Assembly: GCA_963704435.1 (NCBI GenBank)
Contig: OY969902.1
Location: 420,001 to 452,000 of the forward strand
Length of the DNA stretch: 32,000 nt
Reading direction: 5' to 3'
Origin: an uncultured archaeon
Lineage (GTDB): Archaea > Micrarchaeota > Micrarchaeia > Micrarchaeales > CABMGC01
The position numbers and the translations under genes were made by a program. Below are positions 6,661-16,968 of this stretch, piece after piece; position 1 is the stretch's first letter; each line of letters begins with the position of its first letter. The notes below the pieces were generated by a model. The model saw only the letters and a program-made list of their open reading frames with translations. It made no database searches and had not been told where the DNA came from.

Positions 6661-7281
6661 ATGCAGCTATTGGACTACGCGCGGGCAAAGCGGCTGCTTG
6701 ACAAGTACGGCATCGGCAGCGTGCGCAGCGAGTATGTAGGCACGGCCGGGGAGGCCATGGCGTTCTCGGGAGGGAAGCCCATAGTGCTGAAGCTCATCTC
6801 CAACAAGGCGCTGCACAAGTCGAAGGAGGGCCTGGTGAAGCTGGACCTCGGCAAGGAACGGGAGATATCCTCGGCGTTCGCATACCTCGAGAGGAAGGGA
6901 GCGAGGCTCAAGCCCTACAAGATACTGGCGCAGCGGATGGCCGAGCCCGGAGTCGAAGTGATAATAGGGGGGAACACGGACAAGCAGTTCGGCAAGACCC
7001 TGCTCTTCGGCCTGGGCGGGATCTACGTCGAGACGTTCAGGGACGTCACGCTGAGGCTGTGCCCCATAAACAGGGACGACGCGCTCGGCATGATCGACGA
7101 CCTGAAGTCAGGCAAGATAATAACGGACGGCGGAAAGTCCGCCGGGATGGTCGCTTCGCTGCTGATCAAGGTATCCAAGCTGCTGGTAGAGAACGAGGAT
7201 GTCGTGGAACTCGACCTCAACCCCGTCATAGTGAGGGAGGGGTCGTACGACGTCGTGGACATAAGGATGATGGTGGTCTGA
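6661..7281 (+). CDS. ADP-forming acetate/acyl-CoA synthetase, beta subunit (ATP-grasp)
   Basis: LLDKYGIGSVRSEYVGTAGEAMAFSGGKPIVLKLIS...KSKEGLVKLDL...GVEVIIGGNTDKQFGKTLLFGLGGIYVETFRDVTLRLCPI...VVELDLNPVIV. Confidence 0.9.
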   Translation: MQLLDYARAKRLLDKYGIGSVRSEYVGTAGEAMAFSGGKPIVLKLISNKALHKSKEGLVKLDLGKEREISSAFAYLERKGARLKPYKILAQRMAEPGVEVIIGGNTDKQFGKTLLFGLGGIYVETFRDVTLRLCPINRDDALGMIDDLKSGKIITDGGKSAGMVASLLIKVSKLLVENEDVVELDLNPVIVREGSYDVVDIRMMVV

Positions 7282-8690
7282 TGGCGGCGAAACGCAACCT
7301 GGATCCGATATTCAAGCCGACGAGCATCGCCGTGATTGGGGCGTCGAGAAACCCCGACAAGGTAGGCCACGTCATACTGGATAATTTCGTCAAGTCGGGA
7401 TACGGAGGCGAACTATACCCCGTTAACCCCAACGCGGACGAGATCCTCGGATTGAAGTCGTACAAGAGCGTGCTCGACATAAAGAAGAAGCCGGACATGG
7501 CCGTGATAGCAATTCCTGCTGAGGCGGTGCCTGAGGCGCTGGCCGAGTGCGGGAAGGCGGGCGTAAAGTCAGCGGTGGTGGTCAGCGGCGGTTTCGCAGA
7601 GGTGGGCCGAGTTGACCTTCAGGAAAGCATAACGAACATGGCGAAGAAGTACGGCATCGCATTGGTCGGGCCGAACTGCCTGGGCATAATGGATACGCGA
7701 TCCAGAGTCAACACGCTCTTCCTTCCCTCCTACAAGATAAGCCCCCCTCAGATTGGATACGTCAGCTTCGTATCGCAGAGCGGCGCGGTAGGCAGCACGG
7801 TGATAGACGTCATCGCAAGCGAGAACGTTGGGCTGTCGAAGTTCATATCCTACGGCAATGCGGCCGACGTGGACGAGGTGGACATACTCGAGTACCTGAT
7901 GAACGACGATGAGACGAAGGTCATAGTGATGTACATCGAGGGGATAAGGAGGGGCAGGGAGTTCGTCGAGCTCGCCAGGAAGATTGGAAGGAAAAAGCCC
8001 GTCATCGTGCTGAAGGCGGGCAAGACCGGCGCGGGAGTGAGCGCCGCTCATTCGCACACCGCCGCCCTTGCAGGGGACTACGCCACGCAGGACGCGATAT
8101 TCAGGCAGTTCGGATTCACCGTGGCCGACGACCTTGACGACCTGGTGTACTACGCGAAGATATTCTCCATGGAGCCCGCGCCCAAAGGGAATAGGGTCGC
8201 GATAATAACGAACGGCGGGGGGGCGGGCGTGCTCGCTACGGATGCGATCGCGTCCTCGCAGAAGCTGGCGCTGTGCGGATTCGATGCCGCGACGTCGCGC
8301 AAGCTACGGAGCGCGATGCCAGCTCTGGTGAACGTCGCTAACCCGATGGATCTGGCAGGAGACGCTGACGCGAAAAGGTACGGAGACGCGCTCACTGCAA
8401 TAAGCGGGGACAAGAACGTGGACATGATCTTGGTCATAATCCTCTTCCAGACTCCGGGAGCAGACTCGAAGGTCGCTGCGGAGATCATCCACCAGAAAGA
8501 GTCGATGGAGAAGCCGCTGCTCGTGATCAGCGTCGGCTCGGAGTACACGAGGCTGCACAAGCTTATGCTCGAGAGCGGCGGGGTTCCCGTGTTCGATTCC
8601 CCGGCCGTCGCGGCAAAGTCCCTCGCTGCGCTCTTCAGGTACGCCGAGTTCAGGAACGGGGCACGGGCGCCCACGTCATTTAGGAAATAG
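7281..8690 (+). CDS. ADP-forming acetate/acyl-CoA synthetase, alpha subunit
   Basis: From ATG at 7281: NLDPIFKPTSIAVIGASRNPDKVGHVILDNFVKSGYGGELYPVNPN...VGPNCLGIMDT...GYVSFVSQSGAVGSTVID...VLKAGKTGAG...SHTAALAG...VAIITNGGGAGVLATD. TGATG overlap with the beta gene. Confidence 0.93.
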   Translation: MAAKRNLDPIFKPTSIAVIGASRNPDKVGHVILDNFVKSGYGGELYPVNPNADEILGLKSYKSVLDIKKKPDMAVIAIPAEAVPEALAECGKAGVKSAVVVSGGFAEVGRVDLQESITNMAKKYGIALVGPNCLGIMDTRSRVNTLFLPSYKISPPQIGYVSFVSQSGAVGSTVIDVIASENVGLSKFISYGNAADVDEVDILEYLMNDDETKVIVMYIEGIRRGREFVELARKIGRKKPVIVLKAGKTGAGVSAAHSHTAALAGDYATQDAIFRQFGFTVADDLDDLVYYAKIFSMEPAPKGNRVAIITNGGGAGVLATDAIASSQKLALCGFDAATSRKLRSAMPALVNVANPMDLAGDADAKRYGDALTAISGDKNVDMILVIILFQTPGADSKVAAEIIHQKESMEKPLLVISVGSEYTRLHKLMLESGGVPVFDSPAVAAKSLAALFRYAEFRNGARAPTSFRK

Positions 8691-9884
8691 CGCGTCCAGC
8701 GCCTTCTTCAGAGCCCTGTCCTTGTTCGTCTCCGAGCTCAGCATCTCGAACATCTCGGAAGGCCCGATTCCGAGGTCGTACTTGCTTTCCTTCAGCTTCT
8801 CCACGAATATCCCAAGGCCGTAGTCCTTCACGGACATGTTCTCCAGCGAACCCGCCCTGAGCGCATCGGCGTCCTGTCCGGCGCTCATGCCTCCGGCGAT
8901 TCCAGACCGCGCTATCTCGACGGTAGCCACGCCCCTGTAGCCCTTCGCTATCCCGCCGATGTCGACGTCGATGCTCCTGAATCCCGACTTGAGCTTCCCG
9001 CTGAGCTCCACCCTGAGGACGGGATTTCCTCCCCCGCATTCCGCGACGGCGCCCTCTATCCTCCTCCTCACGTCCTGGGACAGCTCGTCGGGGCTCTTCC
9101 CGTTCGCGTCTACCTTTATCACGAGGAACTTGCGAGAGCTTATCTTCCTGAATTCATAGGAGTTCGTCTTGGTGTCATAGATGTAGAATCCCTTCGGCTC
9201 CTGCTCGGAGTCCTTCAGCTGCGTGAGCACCGTGCTTCCCGGAATCAGGAACGGCTTCCCGTGCACTGTCTTCTCAACTTTGTTATGTATGTGGCCGTCG
9301 ACATACAGGTCGAAGCCATTCGGGAGGTCCTCGAAGCGCGCAAGTCCAGCATCGAAAGGCAGGAGTTCGCGTGTCGACTGGTGGAACATGAACACGTTGA
9401 AGCAGCCCTCTACGGGCTTCGGGTCCAGCTCCCTTATCGCTTCAAGGAAATGCTCCTCTGAGACGCCGCCCATCCCGTAGACTGCAATCCTCTCTTCGCC
9501 TTTCCTTATCACCACGAATCCATCGCTTACGTCGACAAGCATCCCGGCGAGCGCCAGAAGTCCGACGGGATTCTCGGCACCCGCGGACCTTCTCTCGTGC
9601 GTCCCGGGAATCGCAATCACAGGGACGTCGGTGTAAGCGGAATTCGGGGCGCTGACCTGCTCGACCCGCGCCTTCCAGTCCGTTTTCAGGACTCCCCTGA
9701 AGAGGTTGATCGCCTCGGCTAGGACGTCCGGCTTCGGCGCCCTTGCGTCAAAAAGATCGCCCGGAAGCAGCAGTACGTCTGCGGATTCGGAAGCCGCGCG
9801 CAGCGCCTCCTCGGCCTGCCTGTACGCGTCCTCGCGGAACCTGTCGTATCCGAGATGGAAATCGGAAAGTATCGCGAGCTTCAT
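8676..9884 (-). CDS. mre11: Mre11/SbcD-like DNA repair exonuclease
   Basis: MKLAILSDFHLGYDRFREDAYRQAEEAL, VLLLPGDLFDARAP, VIAIPGTHERR, VFMFHQSTRELLP, DLYVDGHIHNK, FLIPGSTVLTQL. Confidence 0.88.
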   Translation of the reverse strand: MKLAILSDFHLGYDRFREDAYRQAEEALRAASESADVLLLPGDLFDARAPKPDVLAEAINLFRGVLKTDWKARVEQVSAPNSAYTDVPVIAIPGTHERRSAGAENPVGLLALAGMLVDVSDGFVVIRKGEERIAVYGMGGVSEEHFLEAIRELDPKPVEGCFNVFMFHQSTRELLPFDAGLARFEDLPNGFDLYVDGHIHNKVEKTVHGKPFLIPGSTVLTQLKDSEQEPKGFYIYDTKTNSYEFRKISSRKFLVIKVDANGKSPDELSQDVRRRIEGAVAECGGGNPVLRVELSGKLKSGFRSIDVDIGGIAKGYRGVATVEIARSGIAGGMSAGQDADALRAGSLENMSVKDYGLGIFVEKLKESKYDLGIGPSEMFEMLSSETNKDRALKKALDALFPK

Positions 9885-10907
9885 TCACGCGCCCCGTCGC
9901 GCCTGCTGCTTTCCGCGGCGCATTATCTCCTTTATCTGTCTTACCACTTCCTCCCCTGCGGCACGCGCGCTTTCCCGCTTCGGCCCGTACGCCCCGGCTG
10001 CGCATGCGTGCCCTCCGCCTGTCCCTCCCACGATCTGGGCGATGCTCTGCATTATCGTGCCCAAGTGCATTCCGAGCTCCTTGTCGAGCGGCGGCCTGAG
10101 CCTCGCGGAGAGCGACGCCTCCCTCTTTCCGGACACCCAGAAAACAGACGCATCCGCTCCGAGGTTCTGGGCGGCGTCAGCGGCGACGTTTGCGTGCTGC
10201 GCTGCGGCGCCGTACATTAAAACATAATCCCCAACCGCCTCCGACTCAGCGGCGCATACATCCCTTACCGTCTCGTACCTGTTTCCGACCGGTATGCTGG
10301 CGTGCAGGTACTCCGAGATGAATGAGAAGTCCGTCTTGGATATCTCTATGAGATCCGCTATCTGCCTGAAGGTCTGCGGAGACGAGTTGTTAAGGTCGGC
10401 GGAATCCGCGATTACGCCATTGAGCAGCGTGAACGCCATGTTCTGCGTGACCTCCGCGCCGATCTCCTTCAGCGCGGCGTAGACTATGCTCGCCGTTGAG
10501 TTGTACGCTTCGCTGTTAAATATTATCGTGTCAGCGGGAAGCCTGTCGCCCTCGTGCGCGATGTGGTGGTCCACGAACAGCACAGTGCCCTGGAACGTCA
10601 TCAGGCTCCCCTTGAAGTTGCCGAGGACATCCAGGTTGTTCGCGTCGAGCACGATGACGAGCTCCTTCCCCTTCGGGAACTGCGCCCCTATGCGCCTGTC
10701 GTAGCCTATGCGCTCCAGCATGCGCTTCGCGTTGCTGGTTATGAAATCTGGTGTCGCCACCGTGGCGTTCGCGAAATATTCCGAAAGGGCGACGGCGGAC
10801 CCCACTCCGTCCCGGTCCCCGATAGAGTGGAAGGTCAGGAGGACCTTATCGGCCTTGCGCTCCTTCAGCAGATCGCACAGCTCTCTGAAGGATATGGCGC
10901 GAGTCAA
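9885..10907 (-). CDS. DHH/DHHA1 family phosphoesterase (RecJ-like)
   Basis: LLTFHSIGDRDGVGSAVAL, VIVLDANNLDVLG, VLFVDHHIAHEGDR, FTLLNGVIADSADLNNSS, QIVGGTGGGHACAAGAYGP. Confidence 0.88.
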   Translation of the reverse strand: MTRAISFRELCDLLKERKADKVLLTFHSIGDRDGVGSAVALSEYFANATVATPDFITSNAKRMLERIGYDRRIGAQFPKGKELVIVLDANNLDVLGNFKGSLMTFQGTVLFVDHHIAHEGDRLPADTIIFNSEAYNSTASIVYAALKEIGAEVTQNMAFTLLNGVIADSADLNNSSPQTFRQIADLIEISKTDFSFISEYLHASIPVGNRYETVRDVCAAESEAVGDYVLMYGAAAQHANVAADAAQNLGADASVFWVSGKREASLSARLRPPLDKELGMHLGTIMQSIAQIVGGTGGGHACAAGAYGPKRESARAAGEEVVRQIKEIMRRGKQQARRGA

Positions 10908-11269
10908 CCCGATCCCTGGACCTGCTTGTAGATCTGCGTGAGCTTGTCCCCTAGCGTCTTCTCCCTGGTCTTGAACTCGTTGTACTGCTTCGTGAGCGAC
11001 GCTATCCTGACCTCGGCGAGCTCCGACCTCTCCTTTATGTCCGATAGCGCTTTCTCCTTGCTAGTCTCCACTATCACGCCGCCGACGGTCACGTACACCC
11101 TGCCGCTGGCCACGGTGACCTCCTCCTTGGCCCTGGCCAGTTCTGCCTTCTGGTTCTGCAGCTGGTTCAGCTGCATCGCCGAGGACCTCAGCTGCTCCTG
11201 GACCATCTGATAGTCCCTGACCGCCTGCTCCGCTTCACGCTCTTCAACACTTGGCTGGTTCTGTGGCAT
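10904..11269 (-). CDS. pfdB: Prefoldin beta subunit
   Basis: Coiled coil - beta hairpin - coiled coil pattern: EQLRSSAMQLNQLQNQKAELARAKEEV...GRVYVTVGGVIVETSKEKALSDIKERSELAEVRIASLTKQYNEFKTREKTLGDKLTQIY. Confidence 0.85.
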   Translation of the reverse strand: MPQNQPSVEEREAEQAVRDYQMVQEQLRSSAMQLNQLQNQKAELARAKEEVTVASGRVYVTVGGVIVETSKEKALSDIKERSELAEVRIASLTKQYNEFKTREKTLGDKLTQIYKQVQGSG

Positions 11270-11280
11270 TAAAACACCTT

Positions 11281-11505
11281 TTAATCATGAGGCTTCTTCA
11301 GCTCCTCGACGCGCACGTCCTTGGAATCCACGCCCTCGAACAGGCCCTTGAGCAGGTTCTCCACGCCGAACTTCATGAGCCTGGCCTGGTACTTCGAGAG
11401 GAAGACCTTCCTTCCTGCCTCGTCCCTTATTATGACCGCCCCTCCGTCGTCCACGGTCACGTACAGCGTCTGCCTGCTATCGTAGACCTTGTAATACCTA
11501 GGCAT
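11281..11505 (-). CDS. Small conserved-looking hypothetical protein upstream of prefoldin beta
   Basis: 74-aa ORF in same orientation with tight spacing: MPRYYKVYDSRQTLYVTVDDGGAVIIRDEAGRKVFLSKYQARLMKFGVENLLKGLFEG. Confidence 0.6.
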   Translation of the reverse strand: MPRYYKVYDSRQTLYVTVDDGGAVIIRDEAGRKVFLSKYQARLMKFGVENLLKGLFEGVDSKDVRVEELKKPHD

Positions 11506-11687
11506 CTCCCTCTTATCTGCTTTTGCATCCTAGACTTTTAAATCCCGTTGCGGCGGGGCCGTCGCCGCGGGACTTGGCATGCGCAAGCTTTTTATAGATG
11601 TTTCGCCACATTCATCACATAACCAGCGTCATGATTTCGATTCATCATTTACGTGACAGAAAGATCTGATGCTTCTGATGGTTTTTT

Positions 11688-12221
11688 ATGGCAGAAAGTG
11701 AACACGCAGCGCCGCGCACGAAGAAGGAAGAGACTAGCATAGTCAGGATAGCCGGGAGGGACATAAGCGGCAGCTACAGGCTCGCCAACGCGCTCCTCAG
11801 GATAAAGGGGGTGAACCAGAACCTGGCGAAGGTCATAGAGGTGATAGCCGAGAGGAAGTTCGGCATAAGCAGCGAGACCGAGATAGGCACCCTCAGCGAC
11901 GAGAAGCTGGCGGAGATCGACGAGATACTGAAGGACCCTGCGAAATTCGGAGTTCCCGTCTTCATGCTCAACAGGAGGAAGGACCCGAACACGGGGAGGG
12001 ACATGCACGTGGTCGGCACCGACCTGATAGTCCAGACCAAGCAGGACATAGATGACATGGTCAAGAAGCAGACCTGGGTCGGCTTCAGGCACCAGTACGG
12101 CCAGAAGGTCCGCGGGCAGAGGACCAGGTCCACAGGGAGGACGGGCGCCACGGTGGGAGTCACCAAGAAGAGGATACAGGAGGAGCAGAAGAAGGCCGCC
12201 GCGCCGGCTCCAAAGAAGTGA
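11688..12221 (+). CDS. rps13: 30S ribosomal protein uS13
   Basis: VRIAGRDISGSYRLANALLRIKGVNQNLAKVIEV...VGTDLIVQTKQDIDDMVKKQTWVGFRHQYGQKVRGQRTRSTGRTGATVGVTKK. Confidence 0.97.
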   Translation: MAESEHAAPRTKKEETSIVRIAGRDISGSYRLANALLRIKGVNQNLAKVIEVIAERKFGISSETEIGTLSDEKLAEIDEILKDPAKFGVPVFMLNRRKDPNTGRDMHVVGTDLIVQTKQDIDDMVKKQTWVGFRHQYGQKVRGQRTRSTGRTGATVGVTKKRIQEEQKKAAAPAPKK

Positions 12222-12225
12222 TTGA

Positions 12226-12870
12226 ATGGGCGACCCCAAGAAGATAAGGAGAAAGTACGAAACGCCCTCGATCATGTGGGACACCGTAAGGATCCAGAGC
12301 GAGCACAACCTGAAGGAGCTCTACGGGCTCAAGAACCTAAGGGAGCTGTGGATACTCGACAGCGAGCTGAGGAGGATAAGGAAGAATGTCAGGGACGTCC
12401 TCTCCGGCAGGGGCAGCGAAGCCACGGGCAAGGACATAATAGCCAGGCTCAGCAGGTACGGGATAGTCAAGGGAGACGCAAATCTCGACGACCTGCTCAT
12501 ACTCAACGTGGAGGCGTTCCTGGAGAGGAGGCTCCAGACAGTCGTGTTCAGGAAGGGCCTCGCCAAGACGATCAAGCAGGCGAGGCAGCTCGTAGCGCAC
12601 GGGCTCATATCGATAAATGGGAGGAGGATGACTTCGCCTGGCCATCTGGTCCTGGCAATGGAGGAGAACGGGATAGGATACTACAAGCCGATAAACCTCG
12701 AGCAGGCGGCAGCGCCGGTCCCGGTTCCGGTGGCTGCGGAGATCGACAAGACCGAGACGGCGGAGCAGCTGGAAACGGAGATAAAGGAAGCTGAGAGCGA
12801 GGCCGAGAGCAACGAGGAGAAGGCGGAGGCAGAAGCGGAGAAGGGAGCGCCTGAGGCTCCAAAAGAGTAG
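12226..12870 (+). CDS. rps4: 30S ribosomal protein uS4 with long acidic C-terminal extension
   Basis: [42 protein letters not shown]...[56 protein letters not shown]. Confidence 0.97.
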   Translation: MGDPKKIRRKYETPSIMWDTVRIQSEHNLKELYGLKNLRELWILDSELRRIRKNVRDVLSGRGSEATGKDIIARLSRYGIVKGDANLDDLLILNVEAFLERRLQTVVFRKGLAKTIKQARQLVAHGLISINGRRMTSPGHLVLAMEENGIGYYKPINLEQAAAPVPVPVAAEIDKTETAEQLETEIKEAESEAESNEEKAEAEAEKGAPEAPKE

Positions 12871-12877
12871 TGATGTT

Positions 12878-13375
12878 TTGGCAAAGGCAGAGAAAAAGCA
12901 AAAACCAGAGGCGAAGAAGCAGGAGTCGAAGAAGCCAGAGGTATCGTTCGAGCAGCTCGCGGCCGAGGCGACTCTCAAGTTCAAGCCGAAGGGCGTGAGG
13001 TGGGGCGTCGCGCACATCTACTCCTCGAAGAACGACACGATAATAACGCTCACGGACCTGTCGGGCGCGGAGACCATAGCCGTAGGGAGCGGCGGAATGA
13101 TAGTCGATAACAGCAGGGATGAGGGCTCGCCATACGCAGCTATGCAGGCCGCCTACAAGGTCGCCGCAATCGCGATAGAGAGGGGAATCACCAACGTCAA
13201 CATAAAGATCAGGGCCCCGGGAGGCCACGGCCCCAAGACGCCGGGTCCTGGAGCGCAGGCGGTGGTCAGGGCGCTGGCGAGGAGCGGCCTCAAGATAAAG
13301 AGCATAGAGGACGTGACCCCCATACCGACGGACACCACAAGGAGGCCGGGCGGAAGGAGGGGAAGGAGGGTCTAG
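12878..13375 (+). CDS. rps11: 30S ribosomal protein uS11
   Basis: [31 protein letters not shown]...[82 protein letters not shown]. Confidence 0.97.
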   Translation: MAKAEKKQKPEAKKQESKKPEVSFEQLAAEATLKFKPKGVRWGVAHIYSSKNDTIITLTDLSGAETIAVGSGGMIVDNSRDEGSPYAAMQAAYKVAAIAIERGITNVNIKIRAPGGHGPKTPGPGAQAVVRALARSGLKIKSIEDVTPIPTDTTRRPGGRRGRRV

Positions 13376-13387
13376 CGGCGCACGGCG

Positions 13388-14302
13388 CTAGATCAATCCC
13401 GCATAGCCCAGCAGCAGAATAAATATCGCGATAGCCACGGCAGTGTCGAAGTTGTCGTCGATATGCCTGGGCAGGCTCTCCACCAGCGCCGCCGCGAGTG
13501 AGACAGGAATCGCGGCATAGCCGATCAGGGGGAAGGCAAGGGCCAGGGTTATTGCGAAGTACGCCGCGGAGCCGAGCGCGCTTTTCTTCCTGTTATATGG
13601 GAGCGCCGTACTCCCGCATCGCATTCCTATTATCGTAGCGGCAGCATCGCCTATGAAAATGGCGAGGAGCAGAACGATTGCCTCCCTGCTGCCCAGGAAT
13701 ACGATCGCGACGAGCGCACCGAGAGCCAGCCACATCGCGCCCCTTCCGAACACGACGCCCTTCCTCTCAAGTCCGTACAGGAACCTGGAGAACTTGCTTC
13801 TCCGGTTTGAGATTGCGAGGTCGCTGATGAGCAGACCCAGCAGCACTGCGAATATGAGGAAGAGCCTCGCGTCCGCGTAGTCCAGCAGGGCGAAGGGAAT
13901 GATGAGCGCAGCCCCGATGGCGATTTGCACGAAGTCGCGGCGCGTCTCCCTGCGAGAACCCCCGACTACGCCTCCGCCGGAGAACGATCCCGCCATGCTG
14001 AGGAAGCCAAGCAGCATCGCCTGCGCAACCAGCGACGGCGCGCCCGAAAAGGCAAGCGCATAGGCCGCGCATATCGCCAGGAATGCGTAGTTCGCCTTCG
14101 AGCCGACGGTGGATGCCAGAGCATTGAACGAGACAACCCCCAGCAGCACTGTTCCGACGTCAGCGTGCTCGTAGGCTGCGGCCGCGAGGGCCGCGAGCAT
14201 GAAGCACAATAGCAGCGGGGTATCGGTCCACTTCCTCGAGGTCACTGCCCTATAGGTGAGCAGGGCTGCAATCGCGAGGACCAGGAGATAGTCCATTATC
14301 AC
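13388..14302 (-). CDS. Multi-pass membrane protein related to dolichol/phytol kinase - CTP-transferase family
   Basis: Many hydrophobic segments plus IFIGDAAATIIGMRCGSTALPYNRKKSALGSAAYFAITLA, resembling the dolichol kinase/phosphatidate cytidylyltransferase signature. Confidence 0.6.
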   Translation of the reverse strand: MIMDYLLVLAIAALLTYRAVTSRKWTDTPLLLCFMLAALAAAAYEHADVGTVLLGVVSFNALASTVGSKANYAFLAICAAYALAFSGAPSLVAQAMLLGFLSMAGSFSGGGVVGGSRRETRRDFVQIAIGAALIIPFALLDYADARLFLIFAVLLGLLISDLAISNRRSKFSRFLYGLERKGVVFGRGAMWLALGALVAIVFLGSREAIVLLLAIFIGDAAATIIGMRCGSTALPYNRKKSALGSAAYFAITLALAFPLIGYAAIPVSLAAALVESLPRHIDDNFDTAVAIAIFILLLGYAGLI

Positions 14303-16179
14303 ACTATGTAGATTACCCAGGAGGCAATTATAAATGCAGCAACGACAAGGGCGGGCACCGCGTACTTTACCACGTGCTTGACCTCACGGCTCGTCTCCTC
14401 TATGAGCGCGTCGGCGTTCTTGCCCCAAACGGCGAAATTGCCTATCCTTATGCTCCTGTAGGCGTATTGCGCCGGCTCCATTTCAGAGAGAGCGCGGCTG
14501 AGCATCGAGTCGATAATGGGCAGGACCCTCTCCACATTGGTATACCTTCCGAGCGAATTGCTGGCAGACATGCTCAGCGAGTTTATCGAATGCGTGTCCG
14601 TGGTGCACACCTCGACGGGCATCCCGAACTTCTCCCTCGCGTGCTCGATCACCCTCTTCCTGAAACCGGGGAGCATGTTGTTCGCGTCGAAGCAGATGAT
14701 GCCGAACCTTTCCTTCCCGAAACCGAACACGCAGGCACTGGCATATCCGGCGCCGACGTCCTTGGGGCTGCCGAGGAGCTTGGACATCTTGTTCTGCGCG
14801 GCCCCGAAACTCATCGGGTTCCGCCGCGCGCCTCCGGTCGCGGACCTTATCGCAGCCTCGTAGTCGTACGCGTACTGGCTTCCGGCGCGGACGCCGTCGA
14901 GCTCCCTTGTGCTTGCGGACTCGAACCTGGAGTTGTGTGAGTCGATGACTATGACCTTCCCCCTTCCGCGCTCCGAGGCGACCTCCTTGAACCGCATGCC
15001 GAGGTCCCTGTCCATGTCCTCGGTTACTCTCGGTGCACGGGTCAGGAACAGGAGGTTGGCGTCACCGACCGCCACGTTTATCGCGGTGCAGCTGTGCCGC
15101 CTGCCCACCGTCGCGCTCCCGCGCGCTCTCCTGAAGCGCATCCCGCCAGGCCCGAGCGCCTCTACCAGGCGCTTCTCGATTATGCGCACCTGCGCCGTGC
15201 TTATCGGATTGTCCTCGAGGGTGAGCGGGCTGTGGAGGATGAACGGAGCGGACCCGCCGGCCCTGACGATCGCGTCGCCCAGCACGGAGGGCGCGACGCT
15301 CCCGCCGACTCCCGCGAACGGGCCGAAGTGTATGTCGGGGTTCACGAAGACTGCCTTGTAGCCCCCGCTTCCCTTTATCGCGAGCACGTCCACGCTAAGG
15401 TCCCTCTTTATGCTGGCGTCCTTGCCTATCACGCTGGCGTCGCTCGTCAGGTCGTACAGCCACTGGCTCATCATGGACACCACCAGCTTTATGCCGCTTA
15501 TGTCCATGTTCCTCTTCACGGGCCTGTCGACCACGTACAGCATGGCATAGCCCGCCACCAGGAAGACCAGCATCCCCGATGAGAGCTTTATCAGCGCGGT
15601 GCCGAGCGGAACCTGCAGGCTCAGTATGTAGCCGCCGAGGGGCAGGTACAGGAGCGTGTTGAGGACCGGCTGGGTCGCGGCAATCGCTATGACGCTCTTG
15701 CCCCTCCCTATCACGAACTTGCCTATGAAAAACCAGCAGATGTATACGAATGCGTTCGCGACGAAGAGTATGATGTAGGCCATCGTGACGCTTCCGGTGA
15801 TGCGGAAGACTGACGAGGCTACCAGAAGGATGAGCGCGTACGCTAGCGTTATCGCGGCGGTGACGAGCAGCGCGTGCTGGAGCCGCATCTTCCTCTTTAC
15901 CGCCTTCATGAACGCTGCCGTCAGGAGCGCCGGGAGGCTGATCACCAGGAGCCCCGTGCTCATCCCCGAGACGAGGAGGCCGAGGTAATCCTGCGCGGAG
16001 GCGCTATAGTGCACGATGAAGCTCATCGCGGTGCCGGAGATCGCGCCGATTATCAGCAGCGCCGCGATGGCCGCGAGGCTCTTGGGCGCCCGCATGTTGA
16101 AGTACTTGGTGTACTTGACAAGGTAATAATGCGGGTCCGACTTTGTAACGGTGTGGTGCGGGTCCGGCATGGGAAACAC
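14299..16179 (-). CDS. DUF2070 family archaeal membrane protein
   Basis: N-terminal multi-TM region followed by a soluble domain (VFVNPDIHFGPFAGVGGSVAPSVLGDAI, HSPLTLEDNPIS, IDSHNSRFES, VCTTDTHSINSLS), typical of DUF2070. Confidence 0.8.
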   Translation of the reverse strand: MFPMPDPHHTVTKSDPHYYLVKYTKYFNMRAPKSLAAIAALLIIGAISGTAMSFIVHYSASAQDYLGLLVSGMSTGLLVISLPALLTAAFMKAVKRKMRLQHALLVTAAITLAYALILLVASSVFRITGSVTMAYIILFVANAFVYICWFFIGKFVIGRGKSVIAIAATQPVLNTLLYLPLGGYILSLQVPLGTALIKLSSGMLVFLVAGYAMLYVVDRPVKRNMDISGIKLVVSMMSQWLYDLTSDASVIGKDASIKRDLSVDVLAIKGSGGYKAVFVNPDIHFGPFAGVGGSVAPSVLGDAIVRAGGSAPFILHSPLTLEDNPISTAQVRIIEKRLVEALGPGGMRFRRARGSATVGRRHSCTAINVAVGDANLLFLTRAPRVTEDMDRDLGMRFKEVASERGRGKVIVIDSHNSRFESASTRELDGVRAGSQYAYDYEAAIRSATGGARRNPMSFGAAQNKMSKLLGSPKDVGAGYASACVFGFGKERFGIICFDANNMLPGFRKRVIEHAREKFGMPVEVCTTDTHSINSLSMSASNSLGRYTNVERVLPIIDSMLSRALSEMEPAQYAYRSIRIGNFAVWGKNADALIEETSREVKHVVKYAVPALVVAAFIIASWVIYIV

Positions 16180-16191
16180 AAAAGTGGCTGG

Positions 16192-16896
16192 CTAAGAGCC
16201 AAACCTTCTCTGCCTGTTGCTGTAGTCTTCGAGCGCTCCCTCAAGGTCGCGCTTGGTGAACTCCGGCCACAGCTTCTTGCTGAAGTGCAGTTCGGAGTAG
16301 ACCGCCTGCCACGGCATTAATCCAGACAGGCGCTCCTCTCCCGAAGTCCTTATCACGAGGTCTATGTCGGGCACGTCGCGCGACAGGAGATAGGTCCTGA
16401 ATAGCGTCTCATTAACTTCATTGGACCCCTTCCTCACTGCGGCGTCCACCATCTTCTTCGCGGCGTGGAGAAGGTCGGCCCTGCCGCCATAGGCGATGAG
16501 CATGTTTATCGCGCGGTTCTTGTAGGCGCCGGTCTCGATCTCTATCTTGTGGAGCGCGGACGCGAGGTCCCGGGGCAGCATGCTCCGGTCTCCAACGATC
16601 CTGAACCGCGTCCTGTTCTTGTGCAGCCTGGCCAGGATCTCCTTGTCGCGCGCCATCTTGCGGTAGATGTTGAACAGCGCGTCCCGCTCCTCCTTCGGCC
16701 TCTCGAAGTTCTCCGTGGAGAAGGCCCATACGATGATGTTCCTCACCCCGTATTCCTTGCACCAGTCCGAGAAGTCTATGAACTTCTTGACGCCCAGGCC
16801 GTAGCCCCTGACGAAGTTCAGGCTGTGCTTTCTCGCCCACCTCCTGTTGCCATCAGGTATCAGCGCGAGCACCTTGGGAACTTTCTCTATGCGCAT
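16192..16896 (-). CDS. uppS: Cis-prenyltransferase (undecaprenyl-diphosphate synthase family)
   Basis: LALIPDGNRRWARKHSLNFVRGYGLGVKKFIDFSDWCKEYGVRNIIVWAFSTENFERPKEE...INMLIAYGGRADLLHA...DIDLVIRTSGEERLSGLMPWQAVYSELHFSKKLWPEFTKRD. Confidence 0.95.
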   Translation of the reverse strand: MRIEKVPKVLALIPDGNRRWARKHSLNFVRGYGLGVKKFIDFSDWCKEYGVRNIIVWAFSTENFERPKEERDALFNIYRKMARDKEILARLHKNRTRFRIVGDRSMLPRDLASALHKIEIETGAYKNRAINMLIAYGGRADLLHAAKKMVDAAVRKGSNEVNETLFRTYLLSRDVPDIDLVIRTSGEERLSGLMPWQAVYSELHFSKKLWPEFTKRDLEGALEDYSNRQRRFGS

Positions 16897-16968
16897 GCAA
16901 TCGCTGGTATATCCTTATTGCGCAATTCGATTTAAAGCTTTGCCTTGACGGAAGCCGCGCTGCGCGAA

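Noticed and set aside
7059-7280. N-terminal extension of the 7059..8690 ORF
   Set aside because: Overlaps the beta-subunit gene in another frame; the alpha-subunit domain starts at ATG 7281.
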